Shown piece by piece: positions 32,101 through 47,100 of a DNA stretch of 64,000 bases. The stretch is from Eledone cirrhosa (Eukaryota). Every line of letters begins with the position of its first letter. Positions within the stretch are counted from its first letter, which is position 1. The stretch covers positions 39,432,001-39,496,000 of the forward strand of contig OZ024740.1 of NCBI GenBank assembly GCA_964016885.1, in the 5' to 3' direction. The position numbers and the translations under genes were made by a program. The notes below the pieces were generated by a model. The model was not told the DNA's origin. It searched no databases and saw only the letters and a program-made list of their open reading frames with translations.

Positions 32101-35100
32101 ATTAGTGTGGTACATTAAAGAGGTGTAATTAGTGTGATACATTAAAGAGGTGTAATTAGTGTGGTACATTAAAGAGGTGTAGTTATTGTGGTTAATTAGA
32201 GATGTGTAGTTAGTCAGGTTTATTAGAGAAGTGTAATTAGTGTGGTATAATAAAGAAGTGTAATTAGTGTGGGATCTTAAAGAGGTGCAATTAGTGTGGT
32301 ATATTAAAGTAGTGTAATTAGTGTGGTATATTAAAGAGTTGTAATTAGTGAGGTATATTAAAGTGGTGTAATTAGTGTGGTACATTAAAGAGGTGTAGTT
32401 ATTGTGGTTAATTAGAGATGTGTAGTTAGTCAGGTTTATTAGAGAAGTGTAATTAGTGTGGTATATTAAAGAGGTGCAATTAGTGGGTATATTGAAGAGC
32501 TGTAATTAGTGTGGTACATTAAAGAGGTTCAATTAGTGTGGTATATTAAAGAGGTGTAATTAGTGTGGTACATTAAAGAGGACCAATTAGTGTGGTACAT
32601 TAAAGAGGTGTAATTAGTGTGGTATATTAAAGAGGTGTAGTTAGTGTGGTATATTAAAGAGGTGTTGTTAGTGTGGTATATTAAAGAGGTGCAATTAGTG
32701 TGGTATATTAAAGAGGTGTAATTAGTGTGGTACATTAAAGAGGTGCAATTAGTGTGGTATATTAAAGAGGTGTAATTAGTGTGGTATATTAAAGAGGTCC
32801 AATTAGTGTGGTACATTAAAGAGGTTTAATTAGGGTGGTACATTAAAGAGGTGTAATTAGTGTGGTACATTAAAGAGGTGTAATTAGGGTGGTACATTAA
32901 AGAGGTGTAGTTAGTATGGTACATTAATAAGGTGCAATTAGTGTGGTATATTAAAGAAGTGCAATTAGTGTAGTATATTAAAGAGGTGTAATTAGTGTGG
33001 TATATTAAAGAGTTGTAATTAGTGAGGTATATTAAAGAGGTGTAATTAGTGTGGTATATTAAAGAGGTGTAATTAGTGTGGTATATTAAAGAGGTGTAGT
33101 TAGTGTGGTATATTAAAGATGTGTAGTTAGTGTGGTATATTAAAAGGTGTAATTAGTGTGGTACGTTAAAGAGGTCCAATTAGTGTGGTACATTAAAGAG
33201 GTGTAATTAGGGTGGTACATTAAAGAAGTGTAGTTAGTGTGGTATATTAAAGAGGTGTATTTAGTGTGGTATATTAAAGAGGTGTAATTAGTGTGGTATA
33301 TTAAAGAGGTGTAGTTAGTGTGGTATATTAAATAGGTGTACTTAGTGTGGTACATTAAAGAGGTGTAATTAGTGTGGTATAATAAAGAGGTGTAGTTAGT
33401 GTGGAATATTAAAGAGGTGCAATTAGTGTGGTATATTAAAGAGGTGTAATTAGTGTGGTATATTAAATAGGTGCAATTAGTGTGGTATATTAAAGAGTTG
33501 TAATTAGTGAGGTATATTAAAGAGGTTTAATTAGTGTGGTATTTTAAAGAGGTGTAGTTAGTGTGGTACATTAAAGAGGTGTAATTAGTGTGGTATATTA
33601 AAGAGGTGCAATTAGTGTGGTATATTAAAGAGGTGCAATTAGTGTGGTATATTAAAAAGTTGTAATTAGTGTGGTACATTAAAGAGGTGTAATTAGTGTG
33701 ATACATTAAAGAGGTGTAATTAGTGTGGTATATTAAAGAGGTGTAATTAGTGTCGTATATTAAAGAAGTGTAATTAGTGTGGGATCTTAAAGAGGTGCAA
33801 TTAGTGTGGTATATTAAAGTAGTGTAATTAGTGTGGTATATTAAAGAGTTGTAATTAGTGAGGTATATTAAAGTGGTGTAATTAGTGTGGTACATTAAAG
33901 AGGTGTAGTTAGTGTGGTTAATTAGAGATGTGTAGTTAGTCAGTTTTATTAGAGAAGTGTAATTAGTGTGGTATATTAAAGAGGTGCAATTAGTGTGGTA
34001 TATTGAAGAGGTGTAATTAGTGTGGTACATTAAAGAGGTTCAATTAGTGTGGTATTTTAAAGAGGTGTAATTAGTGTGGTACATTAAAGAGGTCCAATTA
34101 GTGTGGTACATTAAAGAGGTGTACTTAGGGTTGTACATTAAAGAGGTGTAGTTATTGTGGTTAATTAGAGATGTGTAGTTAGTCAGGTTTATTAGAGAAG
34201 TGTAATTAGTGTGGTATATTAAAGAGGTGTAATTAGTGTGGTACATTAAAGAGGTGTAATTAGTGTGGTATATTAAAGAGGTGCAATTAGTGTGGTATAT
34301 TAAAGAGGTGTAGTTAGTGTGGTATATTAAAGAGGTGCAGTTAGTGTGGTATATTAAAGTGGTGTAATTAGTGTGGTATATTAAAGAGGTGTATTTAGTG
34401 TGGTATATTAAAAGGTGTAATTAGTGTGGTATATTAAAGAGGTGTAGTTAGTGTGGTATATTAGAGAGGTGCAATTAGTGTGGTATATTAAAGATGTCCA
34501 ATTAGTGTGGTACATTAAAGAGGTGCAATTAGGGTGGTACATTAAAGAAGTGTAGTTAGTGTAGTATATTAAAGAGGTGTAGTTAGTGTGGTATATTAAA
34601 GAGGTGTAGTTAGTGTGGTATATTAGAGAGGTGCAATTAGTGTGGTATATTAAAGATGTCCAATTAGTGTGGTACATTAAAAAGGTGTAATTAGGGTGGT
34701 ACATTAAAGAAGTGTAGTTAGTGTGGTATATTAAAGAGGTGTAGTTAGTGTGGTATATTAAAGAGGTGTAATTAGTGTGGTATATTAAAGAGGTGTAGTT
34801 AGTGTGGTATACTAAAAAGGTGCAATAAGTGTGGTATATTAAAGAGGTTCAATTAGTGTGGTATTTTAAAGAGGTGTAGTTAGTGTGGTACATTAAAGAG
34901 GTGTAATTAGTGTGGTAAATTAAAGAGGTGCAATTAGTGTGGTATATTAAAGAGGTGCAATTAGTGTGGTATATTAAAAAGGTGTAATTAGTGTGGTACA
35001 TTAAAGAGGTGTAATTAGTGTGATACATTAAAGAGGTGTAATTAGTGTGGTACATTAAAGAGGTGTAGTTATTGTGGTTAATTAGAGATGTGTAGTTAGT

Positions 35101-38100
35101 CAGGTTTATTAGAGAAGTGTAATTAGTGTGGTATAATAAAGAAGTGTAATTAGTGTGGGATCTTAAAGAGGTGCAATTAGTGTGGTATATTAAAGTAGTG
35201 TAATTAGTGTGGTATATTAAAGAGTTGTAATTAGTGAGGTATATTAAAGTGGTGTAATTAGTGTGGTACATTAAAGAGGTGTAGTTATTGTGGTTAATTA
35301 GAGATGTGTAGTTAGTCAGGTTTATTAGAGAAGTGTAATTAGTGTGGTATATTAAAGAGGTGCAATTAGTGGGTATATTGAAGAGCTGTAATTAGTGTGG
35401 TACATTAAAGAGGTTCAATTAGTGTGGTATATTAAAGAGGTGTAATTAGTGTGGTACATTAAAGAGGACCAATTAGTGTGGTACATTAAAGAGGTGTAAT
35501 TAGTGTGGTATATTAAAGAGGTGTAGTTAGTGTGGTATATTAAAGAGGTGTTGTTAGTGTGGTATATTAAAGAGGTGCAATTAGTGTGGTATATTAAAGA
35601 GGTGTAATTAGTGTGGTACATTAAAGAGGTGCAATTAGTGTGGTACATTAAAGAGGTGTAATTAGTGTGGTATATTAAAGAGGTCCAATTAGTGTGGTAC
35701 ATTAAAGAGGTTTAATTAGGGTGGTACATTAAAGAGGTGTAATTAGTGTGGTACATTAAAGAGGTGTAATTAGGGTGGTACATTAAAGAGGTGTAGTTAG
35801 TATGGTACATTAATAAGGTGCAATTAGTGTGGTATATTAAAGAAGTGCAATTAGTGTAGTATATTAAAGAGGTGTAATTAGTGTGGTATATTAAAGAGTT
35901 GTAATTAGTGAGGTATATTAAAGAGGTGTAATTAGTGTGGTATATTAAAGAGGTGTAATTAGTGTGGTATATTAAAGAGGTGTAGTTAGTGTGGTATATT
36001 AAAGATGTGTAGTTAGTGTGGTATATTAAAAGGTGTAATTAGTGTGGTACGTTAAAGAGGTCCAATTAGTGTGGTACATTAAAGAGGTGTAATTAGGGTG
36101 GTACATTAAAGAAGTGTAGTTAGTGTGGTATATTAAAGAGGTGTATTTAGTGTGGTATATTAAAGAGGTGTAATTAGTGTGGTATATTAAAGAGGTGTAG
36201 TTAGTGTGGTATATTAAATAGGTGTACTTAGTGTGGTACATTAAAGAGGTGTAATTAGTGTGGTATAATAAAGAGGTGTAGTTAGTGTGGAATATTAAAG
36301 AGGTGCAATTAGTGTGGTATATTAAAGAGGTGTAATTAGTGTGGTATATTAAATAGGTGCAATTAGTGTGGTATATTAAAGAGTTGTAATTAGTGAGGTA
36401 TATTAAAGAGGTTTAATTAGTGTGGTATTTTAAAGAGGTGTAGTTAGTGTGGTACATTAAAGAGGTGTAATTAGTGTGGTATATTAAAGAGGTGCAATTA
36501 GTGTGGTATATTAAAGAGGTGCAATTAGTGTGGTATATTAAAAAGTTGTAATTAGTGTGGTACATTAAAGAGGTGTAATTAGTGTGATACATTAAAGAGG
36601 TGTAATTAGTGTGGTATATTAAAGAGGTGTAATTAGTGTCGTATATTAAAGAAGTGTAATTAGTGTGGGATCTTAAAGAGGTGCAATTAGTGTGGTATAT
36701 TAAAGTAGTGTAATTAGTGTGGTATATTAAAGAGTTGTAATTAGTGAGGTATATTAAAGTGGTGTTATTAGTGTGGTACATTAAAGAGGTGTAGTTAGTG
36801 TGGTTAATTAGAGATGTGTAGTTAGTCAGTTTTATTAGAGAAGTGTAATTAGTGTGGTATATTAAAGAGGTGCAATTAGTGTGGTATATTGAAGAGGTGT
36901 AATTATTGTGGTACATTAAAGAGGTTCAATTAGTGTGGTATTTTAAAGAGGTGTAATTAGTGTGGTACATTAAGGAGGTCCAATTAGTGTGGTACATTAA
37001 AGAGGTGTACTTAGGGTTGTACATTAAAGAGGTGTAGTTATTGTGGTTAATTAGAGATGTGTAGTTAGTCAGGTTTATTAGAGAAGTGTAATTAGTGTGG
37101 TATATTAAAGAGGTGTAATTAGTGTGGTACATTAAAGAGGTGTAATTAGTGTGGTATATTAAAGAGGTGCAATTAGTGTGGTATATTAAAGAGGTGTAGT
37201 TAGTGTGGTATATTAAAGAGGTGCAGTTAGTGTGGTATATTAAAGTGGTGTAATTAGTGTGGTATATTAAAGAGGTGTATTTAGTGTGGTATATGAAAAG
37301 GTGTAATTAGTGTGGTATATTAAAGAGGTGTAGTTAGTGTGGTATATTAGAGAGGTGCAATTAGTGTGGTATATTAAAGATGTCCAATTAGTGTGGTACA
37401 TTAAAGAGGTGCAATTAGGGTGGTACATTAAAGAAGTGTAGTTAGTGTAGTATATTAAAGAGGTGTAGTTAGTGTGGTATATTAAAGAGGTGTAGTTAGT
37501 GTGGTATATTAGAGAGGTGCAATTAGTGTGGTATATTAAAGATGTCCAATTAGTGTGGTACATTAAAAAGGTGTAATTAGGGTGGTACATTAAAGAAGTG
37601 TAGTTAGTGTGGTATATTAAAGAGGTGTAGTTAGTGTGGTATATTAAAGAGGTGTAATTAGTGTGGTATATTAAAGAGGTGTAGTTAGTGTGGTATACTA
37701 AAAAGGTGCAATAAGTGTGGTATATTAAAGAGGTTCAATTAGTGTGGTATTTTAAAGAGGTGTAGTTAGTGTGGTACATTAAAGAGGTGTAATTAGTGTG
37801 GTAAATTAAAGAGGTGCAATTAGTGTGGTATATTAAAGAGGTGCAATTAGTGTGGTATATTAAAAAGGTGTAATTATTGTGGTACATTAAAGAGGTGTAA
37901 TTAGTGTGATACATTAAAGAGGTGTAATTAGTGTGGTACATTAAAGAGGTGTAGTTATTGTGGTTAATTAGAGATGTGTAGTTAGTCAGGTTTATTAGAG
38001 AAGTGTAATTAGTGTGGTATAATAAAGAAGTGTAATTAGTGTGGGATCTTAAAGAGGTGCAATTAGTGTGGTATATTAAAGTAGTGTAATTAGTGTGGTA

Positions 38101-41100
38101 TATTAAAGAGTTGTAATTAGTGAGGTATATTAAAGTGGTGTAATTAGTGTGGTACATTAAAGAGGTGTAGTTATTGTGGTTAATTAGAGATGTGTAGTTA
38201 GTCAGGTTTATTAGAGAAGTGTAATTAGTGTGGTATATTAAAGAGGTGCAATTAGTGGGTATATTGAAGAGCTGTAATTAGTGTGGTACATTAAAGAGGT
38301 TCAATTAGTGTGGTATATTAAAGAGGTGTAATTAGTGTGGTACATTAAAGAGGACCAATTAGTGTGGTACATTAAAGAGGTGTAATTAGTGTGGTATATT
38401 AAAGAGGTGTAGTTAGTGTGGTATATTAAAGAGGTGTTGTTAGTGTGGTATATTAAAGAGGTGCAATTAGTGTGGTATATTAAAGAGGTGTAATTAGTGT
38501 GGTACATTAAAGAGGTGCAATTAGTGTGGTATATTAAAGAGGTGTAATTAGTGTGGTATATTAAAGAGGTCCAATTAGTGTGGTACATTAAAGAGGTTTA
38601 ATTAGGGTGGTACATTAAAGAGGTGTAATTAGTGTGGTACATTAAAGAGGTGTAATTAGGGTGGTACATTAAAGAGGTGTAGTTAGTATGGTACATTAAT
38701 AAGGTGCAATTAGTGTGGTATATTAAAGAAGTGCAATTAGTGTAGTATATTAAAGAGGTGTAATTAGTGTGGTATATTAAAGAGTTGTAATTAGTGAGGT
38801 ATATTAAAGAGGTGTAATTAGTGTGGTATATTAAAGAGGTGTAATTAGTGTGGTATATTAAAGAGGTGTAGTTAGTGTGGTATATTAAAGATGTGTAGTT
38901 AGTGTGGTATATTAAAAGGTGTAATTAGTGTGGTACGTTAAAGAGGTCCAATTAGTGTGGTACATTAAAGAGGTGTAGTTAGTGTGGTATATTAAATAGG
39001 TGTACTTAGTGTGGTACATTAAAGAGGTGTAATTAGTGTGGTATAATAAAGAGGTGTAGTTAGTGTGGAATATTAAAGAGGTGCAATTAGTGTGGTATAT
39101 TAAAGAGGTGTAATTAGTGTGGTATATTAAATAGGTGCAATTAGTGTGGTATATTAAAGAGTTGTAATTAGTGAGGTATATTAAAGAGGTTTAATTAGTG
39201 TGGTATTTTAAAGAGGTGTAGTTAGTGTGGTACATTAAAGAGGTGTAATTAGTGTGGTATATTAAAGAGGTGCAATTAGTGTGGTATATTAAAGAGGTGC
39301 AATTAGTGTGGTATATTAAAAAGTTGTAATTAGTGTGGTACATTAAAGAGGTGTAATTAGTGTGATACATTAAAGAGGTGTAATTAGTGTGGTATATTAA
39401 AGAGGTGTAATTAGTGTCGTATATTAAAGAAGTGTAATTAGTGTGGGATCTTAAAGAGGTGCAATTAGTGTGGTATATTAAAGTAGTGTAATTAGTGTGG
39501 TATATTAAAGAGTTGTAATTAGTGAGGTATATTAAAGTGGTGTAATTAGTGTGGTACATTAAAGAGGTTCAATTAGTGTGGTATTTTAAAGAGGTGTAAT
39601 TAGTGTGGTACATTAAAGAGGTCCAATTAGTGTGGTACATTAAAGAGGTGTACTTAGGGTTGTACATTAAAGAGGTGTAGTTAGTGTGGTTAATTAGAGA
39701 TGTGTAGTTAGTCAGTTTTATTAGAGAAGTGTAATTAGTGTGGTATATTAAAGAGGTGCAATTAGTGTGGTATATTGAAGAGGTGTAATTAGTGTGGTAC
39801 ATTAAAGAGGTTCAATTAGTGTGGTATTTTAAAAAGGTGTAATTAGTGTGGTACATTAAAGAGGTCCAATTAGTGTGGTACATTAAAGAGGTGTACTTAG
39901 GGTTGTACATTAAAGAGGTGTAATTAGTGTGATATATTAAAGAGGTGTAATTAGTGTCGTACATTTAAGAGGTATAATTAGTGTGGTATATTAAATAGGT
40001 GCAATTAGTGTGGTATATTAAAGAGGTGTAATTAGTGTGGTACATTAAAGAGGTGCAATTAGTGTGGTATATTAAAGAGGTGTAATTAGTGTGGTATATT
40101 AAAGAGGTGTAGTTAGTGTGGTATATTAAAGAGGTGTTGTTAGTGTGGTATATTAAAGAGGTGCAATTAGTGTGGTATATTAAAGAGGTGTAGTTAGTGT
40201 GGTATATTAAATAGGTGTACTTAGTGTGGTACATTAAAGAGGTGTAATTAGCGTGATATAATAAAGAGGTGTAGTTAGTGTGGAATATTAAAGAGGTGCA
40301 ATTAGTGTGGTATATTAAAGATGTGTAGTTAGTGTGGTATATTAAATAGGTGCAATTAGTGTGGTATATTAAAGAGTTGTAATTAGTGAGGTATATTAAA
40401 GAGGTTTAATTAGTGTGGTATATTAAAGAGGTGTAATTAGTGTGGTATATTAAAGAGGTGTAGTTAGTGTGGTATATTAAAGAGGTGTAGTGAGTGTGGT
40501 ATATTAAACAGGTGTAAATAGTGTGGTACATAAAAGAGGTGTAGTTAGTGTGGTTAATTAGAGATGTGTAGTTAGTCAGGTTTATTAGAGAAGTGTAATT
40601 AGTGTGGTATATTAAAGAGGTGTAATTAGTGTGGTATATTAAAGAGGTGTAATTGGTGTGGTATATTAAAGAGGTGCAATTAGTGTGGTATATAAAAGAG
40701 GTGAAATTAGTGTGGTATATTAAAGAGGTGCAATTAGTGTGGTATATTGAAGAGGTGTAATTAGTGTGGTACATTAAAGACGTGTAATTAGTGTGGTATG
40801 TTAAAGAGGTGTAATTAGTGTGGTATATTAAAGAGGTGTAGTTAGTGTGGTACATTAAAGAGGTCCAATTAGTGTGGTACATTAAAGAGGTTTAATTATG
40901 GTGGTACATTATAGAAGTGTAGTTAGTCTGGTATATTAAAGAGGTGTAGTTAGTGTGGTATATTAAAGAGGTGTAATTAGTGTGGTACATTAAAGAGGTG
41001 TAATTAGTGTGGTATATTAAAGAGGTGTAGTTAGTGTGATTTATTAAAGAGGTGCAATTAGTGTGCTATATTAAAGAGGTGTAGTTAGTGTGGTATATTA

Positions 41101-44100
41101 AAGATGTGCAATTAGTGTGGTATATTAAAGAGGTGTAATTATTCTGGTACATTAAAGAGGTGCAATTAGTGCGGTATATTAAAGAGGTGTACTTAGTGTG
41201 GTACATTAAAGAGGTGTAAGTAGTGTGGAATATTAAAGAGGTTTAGTTAGTGTGGTATATTAAAGAGTTGTAATTAGTGAGGTATATTAAAGAGGTGTAA
41301 TTAGTGTGGTATATTAAAGAGGTGTAGTTAGTGTTGTACATTAAAGAGGTGTAGTTAGTGTGGTTAATTAGAGATGTGTAGTTAGTCAGGTTTATTAGAG
41401 AAGTGTAATTAGTGTGGTATACTAAAGAGGTGCAATTAGTGTGGTATATTGAAGAGGTGTAATTAGTGTGGTACATTAAAGAGGTGTAATTAGTGTGGTA
41501 TATTAAAGAGGTGTAATTAGTGTGGTATATTAAAGAGGTGTAGTTAGTGTGGTATATTAGAGAGGTGCAATTAGTGTGGTATATTAAAGATGTCCAATTA
41601 GTATGGTACATTAAAGAGGTGCAATTAGGGTGGTACATTAAAGAAGTGTAGTTAGTGTGGTATATTAAAGAGGTGTAGTTAGTGAGGTATATTAAAGAGG
41701 TGTAGTTAGTGTGGTATATTAGAGAGGTGCAATTAGTGTGGTATATTAAAGATGTCCAATTAGTGTGGTATATTAAAAAGGTGTAATTAGGGTGGTACAT
41801 TAAAGAAGTGTAGTTAGTGTGGTATATTAAAGAGGTGTAGTTAGTGTGGTATATTAAAGAGGTGTAATTAGTGTGGTATATTAAAGTGGTGTAGTTAGTG
41901 TGGTATACTAAAAAGGTGCAATAAGTGTGGTATATTAAAGAGGTTCAATTAGTGTGGTATTTTAAAGAGGTGTAGTTAGTGTGGTACATTAAAGAGGTGT
42001 AATTAGTGTGGTATATTAAAGAGGTGCAATTAGTGTGGTATATTAAAGAGGTGCAATTAGTGTGGTATATTAAAAAGTTGTAATTAGTGTGGTACATTAA
42101 AGAGGTGTAATTAGTGTGATACATTAAAGAGGTGTAATTAGTGTGGTATATTAAAGAGGTGTAATTAGTGTGGTATATTAAAGAAGTGTAATTAGTGTGG
42201 GATCTTAAAGAGGTGCAATTAGTGTGGTATATTAAAGTAGTGTAATTAGTGTGGTATATTAAAGAGTTGTAATTAGTGAGGTATATTAAAGTGGTGTAAT
42301 TAGTGTGGTACATTAAAGAGGTGTAGTTAGTGTGGTTAATTAGAGATGTGTAGTTAGTCAGTTTTATTAGAGAAGTGTAATTAGTGTGGTATATTAAAGA
42401 GGTGCAATTAGTGTGGTATATTGAAGAGGTGTAATTAGTGTGGTACATTAAAGAGGTTCAATTAGTGTGGTATTTTAAAGAGGTGTAATTAGTGTGGTAC
42501 ATTAAAGAGGTCCAATTAGTGTGGTACATTAAAGAGGTGTAATTAGGGTTGTACATTAAAGAGGTGTAATTAGTGTGATATATTAAAGAGGTGTAATTAG
42601 TGTCGTACATTTAAGAGGTATAATTAGTGTGGTATATTAAATAGGTGCAATTAGTGTGGTATATTAAAGAGGTGTAATTAGTGTGGTACATTAAAGAGGT
42701 GCAACTAGTGTGGTATATTAAAGAGGTGTAATTAGTGTGGTATATTAAAGAGGTGTAGTTAGTGTGGTATATTAAAGAGGTGTTGTTAGTGTGGTATATT
42801 AAAGAGGTGCAATTAGTGTGGTATATTAAATAGGTGCAATTAGTGTGGTATTTTAAAGAGGTGTAGTTAGTGTGGTACATTAAAGAGGTGTAATTAGTGT
42901 GGTACATTAAAGAGGTGCAATTAGTGTGGTATATTAAAGAGGTGTAATTAGTGTGGTATATTAAAGAGGTCCAATTAGTGTGGTACATTAAAGAGGTTTA
43001 ATTAGGGTGGTACATTAAAGAGGTGTAATTAGTGTGGTACATTAAAGAGGTGTAATTAGGGTGGTACATTAAAGAGGTGTAGTTAGTATGGTACATTACA
43101 GAGGTGCAATTAGTGTGGTATATTAAAGAAGTGCAATTAGTGTGGTATATTAAAGAGGTGTAATTAGTGTGGTATATTAAAGAGTTGTAATTAGTGAGGT
43201 ATATTAAAGAGGTGTAATTAGTGAGGTATATTAAAGAGGTGTAATTAGTGTGGTATATTAAAGAGGTGTAATTAGTGTGGTATATTAAAGAGGTGTAGTT
43301 AGTGTGGTTAATTAGAGATGTGTAGTTAGTCAGGTTTATTAGAGAAGTGTAATTAGTGTGGTATATTAAAGAGGTGTAATTAGTGTGGTACATTAAAGTG
43401 GTGTAATTAGTGTGGTATATTAAAGAGGTGTAATTAGTGTGGTATATTAAAGAGGTGTAGTTAGTGTGGTATATTAAAGATGTGTAGTTAGTGTGGTATA
43501 TTAAAAGGTGTAATTAGTGTGGTACATTAAAGAGGTCCAATTAGTGTGGTACATTAAAGAGGTGTAATTAGGGTGGTACATTAAAGAAGTGTAGTTAGTG
43601 TGGTATATTAAAGAGGTGTATTTAGTGTGGTATATTAAAGAGGTGTAATTAGTGTGGTATATTAAAGAGGTGTAGTTAGTGTGGTATATTAAATAGGTGT
43701 ACTTAGTGTGGTACATTAAAGAGGTGTAATTAGTGTGGTATAATAAAGAGGTGTAGTTAGTGTGGAATATTAAAGAGGTGCAATTAGTGTGGTATATTAA
43801 AGAGGTGTAATTAGTGTGGTATATTAAAGAGGTGCAATTAGTGTGGTATATTAAAGAGTTGTAATTAGTGAGGTATATTAAAGAGGTTTAATTAGTGTGG
43901 TATATTAAAGAGGTGTAATTAGTGTGGTATATTAAAGAGGTGTAGTTAGTGTGGTATATTAAAGAGGTGTAGTGAGTGTGGTATATTAAAGAGGTGTAAA
44001 TAGTGTGGTACATAAAAGAGGTGTAGTTAGTGTGGTTAATTAGAGATGTGTAGTTAGTCAGGTTTATTAGAGAAGTGTAATTAGTGTGGTATATTAAAGA

Positions 44101-47100
44101 GGTGTAATTAGTGTGGTACATTAAAGAGGTGTAATTAGTGTGGTATATTAAAGAGGTGCAATTAGTCTGGTATATAAAAGAGGTGAAATTAGTGTGGTAT
44201 ATTAAAGAGGTGCAATTTATGTGGTATATTTAAAGAGGTGTAATTAGTGTGGTACATTAAAGAGGTGTAATTAGTGTGGTATATTAAAGAGGTGTAATTA
44301 GTGTGGTATATTAAAGAGGTGTAGTTAGTGTGGTACATTAAAGAGGTCCAATTAGTGTGGTACATTAAGGAGGTGTAATTAGGGTGGTACATTATAGAAG
44401 TGTAGTTAGTCTGGTATATTAAAGAGGTGTAGTTAGTGTGGTATATTAAAGAGGTGTAATAAGTGTGGTACATTAAAGAGGTGTAATTAGTGTGGTATAT
44501 TAAAGAGATGTAGTTAGTGTGATTTATTAAAGAGGTGCAATTAGTGTGCTATATTAAAGAGGTGTAGTTAGTGTGGTATATTAAAGATGTGCAATTAGTG
44601 TGGTATATTAAAGAGGTGTAATTATTCTGGTACATTAAAGAGGTGCAATTAGTGCGGTATATTAAAGAGGTGTACTTAGTGTGGTACATTAAAGAGGTGT
44701 AAGTAGTGTGGAATATTAAAGAGGTTTAGTTAGTGTGGTATATTAAAGAGTTGTATTAGTGAGGTATATTAAAGAGGTGTAATTAGTGTGGTATATTAAA
44801 GAGGTGTAGTTAGTGTGGAACATTAAAGAGGTGTAGTTAGTGTGGTTAATTAGAGATGTGTAGTTAGTCAGGTTTATTAGAGAAGTGTAATTAGTGTGGT
44901 ATACTAAAGAGGTGCAATTAGTGTGGTATATTGAAGAGGTGTAATTAGTGTGGTACATTAAAGAGGTGTAATTAGTGTGGTATATTAAAGAGGTGTAATT
45001 AGTGTGGTATATTAAAGAGGTGTAGTTAGTGTGGTATATTAAAGAGGCGTAATTAGTGTGGTACATTATAGAGGTCCAATTAGTATGGTACATTAAAGAG
45101 GTGTAATTAGGGTGGTACATTAAAGAAGTGTAGTAAGTGTGGTATATTAAAGAGGTGTAGTTAGTGTGGTATATTAAAGAGGTGTAATTAGTGTGGTATA
45201 TTAAAGAGGTGTAGTTAGTGTGGTATATTAAAGAGGTGTAATTAGTGTGGTACATTAAAGAGGTGTAATTAGTGTGGTATATTAAAGAGGTGTAGTTAGT
45301 GTGGTATATTAAAGACGTGCAATTAGTGTGGTATATTAAAGAGGTGTAATTAGTATTGTACATTAAAAGGTGCAATTATTTTGTTATATTAAATAGGTGT
45401 AGTTAGTGCGGTATATTAAAGAGGTGTAGTTAGTGTGGTATATTAAAGAGGTGCAATTAGTGTGGTATATTAAAGAGGTGTAGTTAGTGTGGTATATTAA
45501 AGAGCTGTAATTAGTGTGGTACATTAACGAGCTGTAATTAGTGTGGTATATTAATGAGGTGTAATTAGTGTGGTATGTTAAAGAGGTGTAATTAGTGTGG
45601 TATATTAAAGAGGTGTAGTTAGTGTGGTACATTAAAGAGGTCCAATTAGTGTGGTACATTAAAGAGGTGTAATTAGGGTGGTACATTATAGAAGTGTAGT
45701 TAGTCTGGTATATTAAAGAGGTGTAGTTAGTGTGGTATATTAAAGAGGTGTAATTAGTGTGGTACATTAAAGAGGTGTAATTAGTGTGGTATATTAAAGA
45801 GGTGTAGTTAGTGTGATTTATTAAAGAGGTGCAATTAGTGTGCTATATTAAAGAGGTGTAGTTAGTGTGGTATATTAAAGATGTGCAATTAGTGTGGTAT
45901 ATTAAAGAGGTGTAATTATTCTGGTACATTAAAGAGGTGCAATTAGTGCGGTATATTAAAGAGGTGTACTTAGTGTGGTACATTAAAGAGGTGTAAGTAG
46001 TGTGGAATATTAAAGAGGTTTAGTTAGTGTGGTATATTAAAGAGTTGTAATTAGTGAGGTATATTAAAGAGGTGTAATTAGTGTGGTATATTAAAGAGGT
46101 GTAGTTAGTGTGGTACATTAAAGAGGTGTAGTTAGTGTGGTTAATTAGAGATGTGTAGTTAGTCAGGTTTATTAGAGAAGTGTAATTAGTGTGGTATACT
46201 AAAGAGGTGCAATTAGTGTGGTATATTGAAGAGGTGTAATTAGTGTGGTACATTAAAGAGGTGTAATTAGTGTGGTATATTAAAGAGGTGTAATTAGTGT
46301 GGTATATTAAAGAGGTGTAGTTAGTGTGGTATATAAAGAGGTGTAGTTAGTGTGGTATATTAGAGAGGTGCAATTAGTGTGGTATATTAAAGATGTCCAA
46401 TTAGTGTGGTACATTAAAATGGTGTAATTAGGGTGGTACATTAAAGAAGTGTAGTTAGTGTGGTATATTAAAGAGGTGTAGTTAGTGTGGTATATTAAAG
46501 AGGTGTAATTAGTGTGGTATATTAAAGAGGTGTAGTTAGTGTGGTATACTAAAAAGGTGCAATAAGTGTGGTATATTAAAGAGGTTCAATTAGTGTGGTA
46601 TTTTAAAGAGGTGTAGTTAGTGTGGTACATTAAAGAGGTGTAATTAGTGTGGTATATTAAAGAGGTGCAATTAGTGTGGTATATTAAAGAGGTGCAATTA
46701 GTGTGGTATATTAAAAAGGTGTAATTAGTGTGGTACATTAAAGAGGTGTAATTAGTGTGATACATTAAAGAGGTGTAATTAGTGTGGTATATTAAAGAGG
46801 TGTAATTAGTGTGGTATATTAAAGAAGTGTAATTAGTGTGGGATCTTAAAGAGGTGCAATTAGTGTGGTATATTAAAGTAGTGTAATTAGTGTGGTATAT
46901 TAAAGAGTTGTAATTAGTGAGGTATATTAAAGTGGTGTAACTAGTGTGGTACATTAAAGAGGTGTAGTTAGTGTGGTTAATTAGAGATGTGTAGTTAGTC
47001 AGGTTTATTAGAGAAGTGCAATTAGTGTGGTATATTGAAGAGGTGTAATTAGTGTGGTACATTAAAGAGGTTCAATTAGTGTGGTATATTAAAGAGGTGT

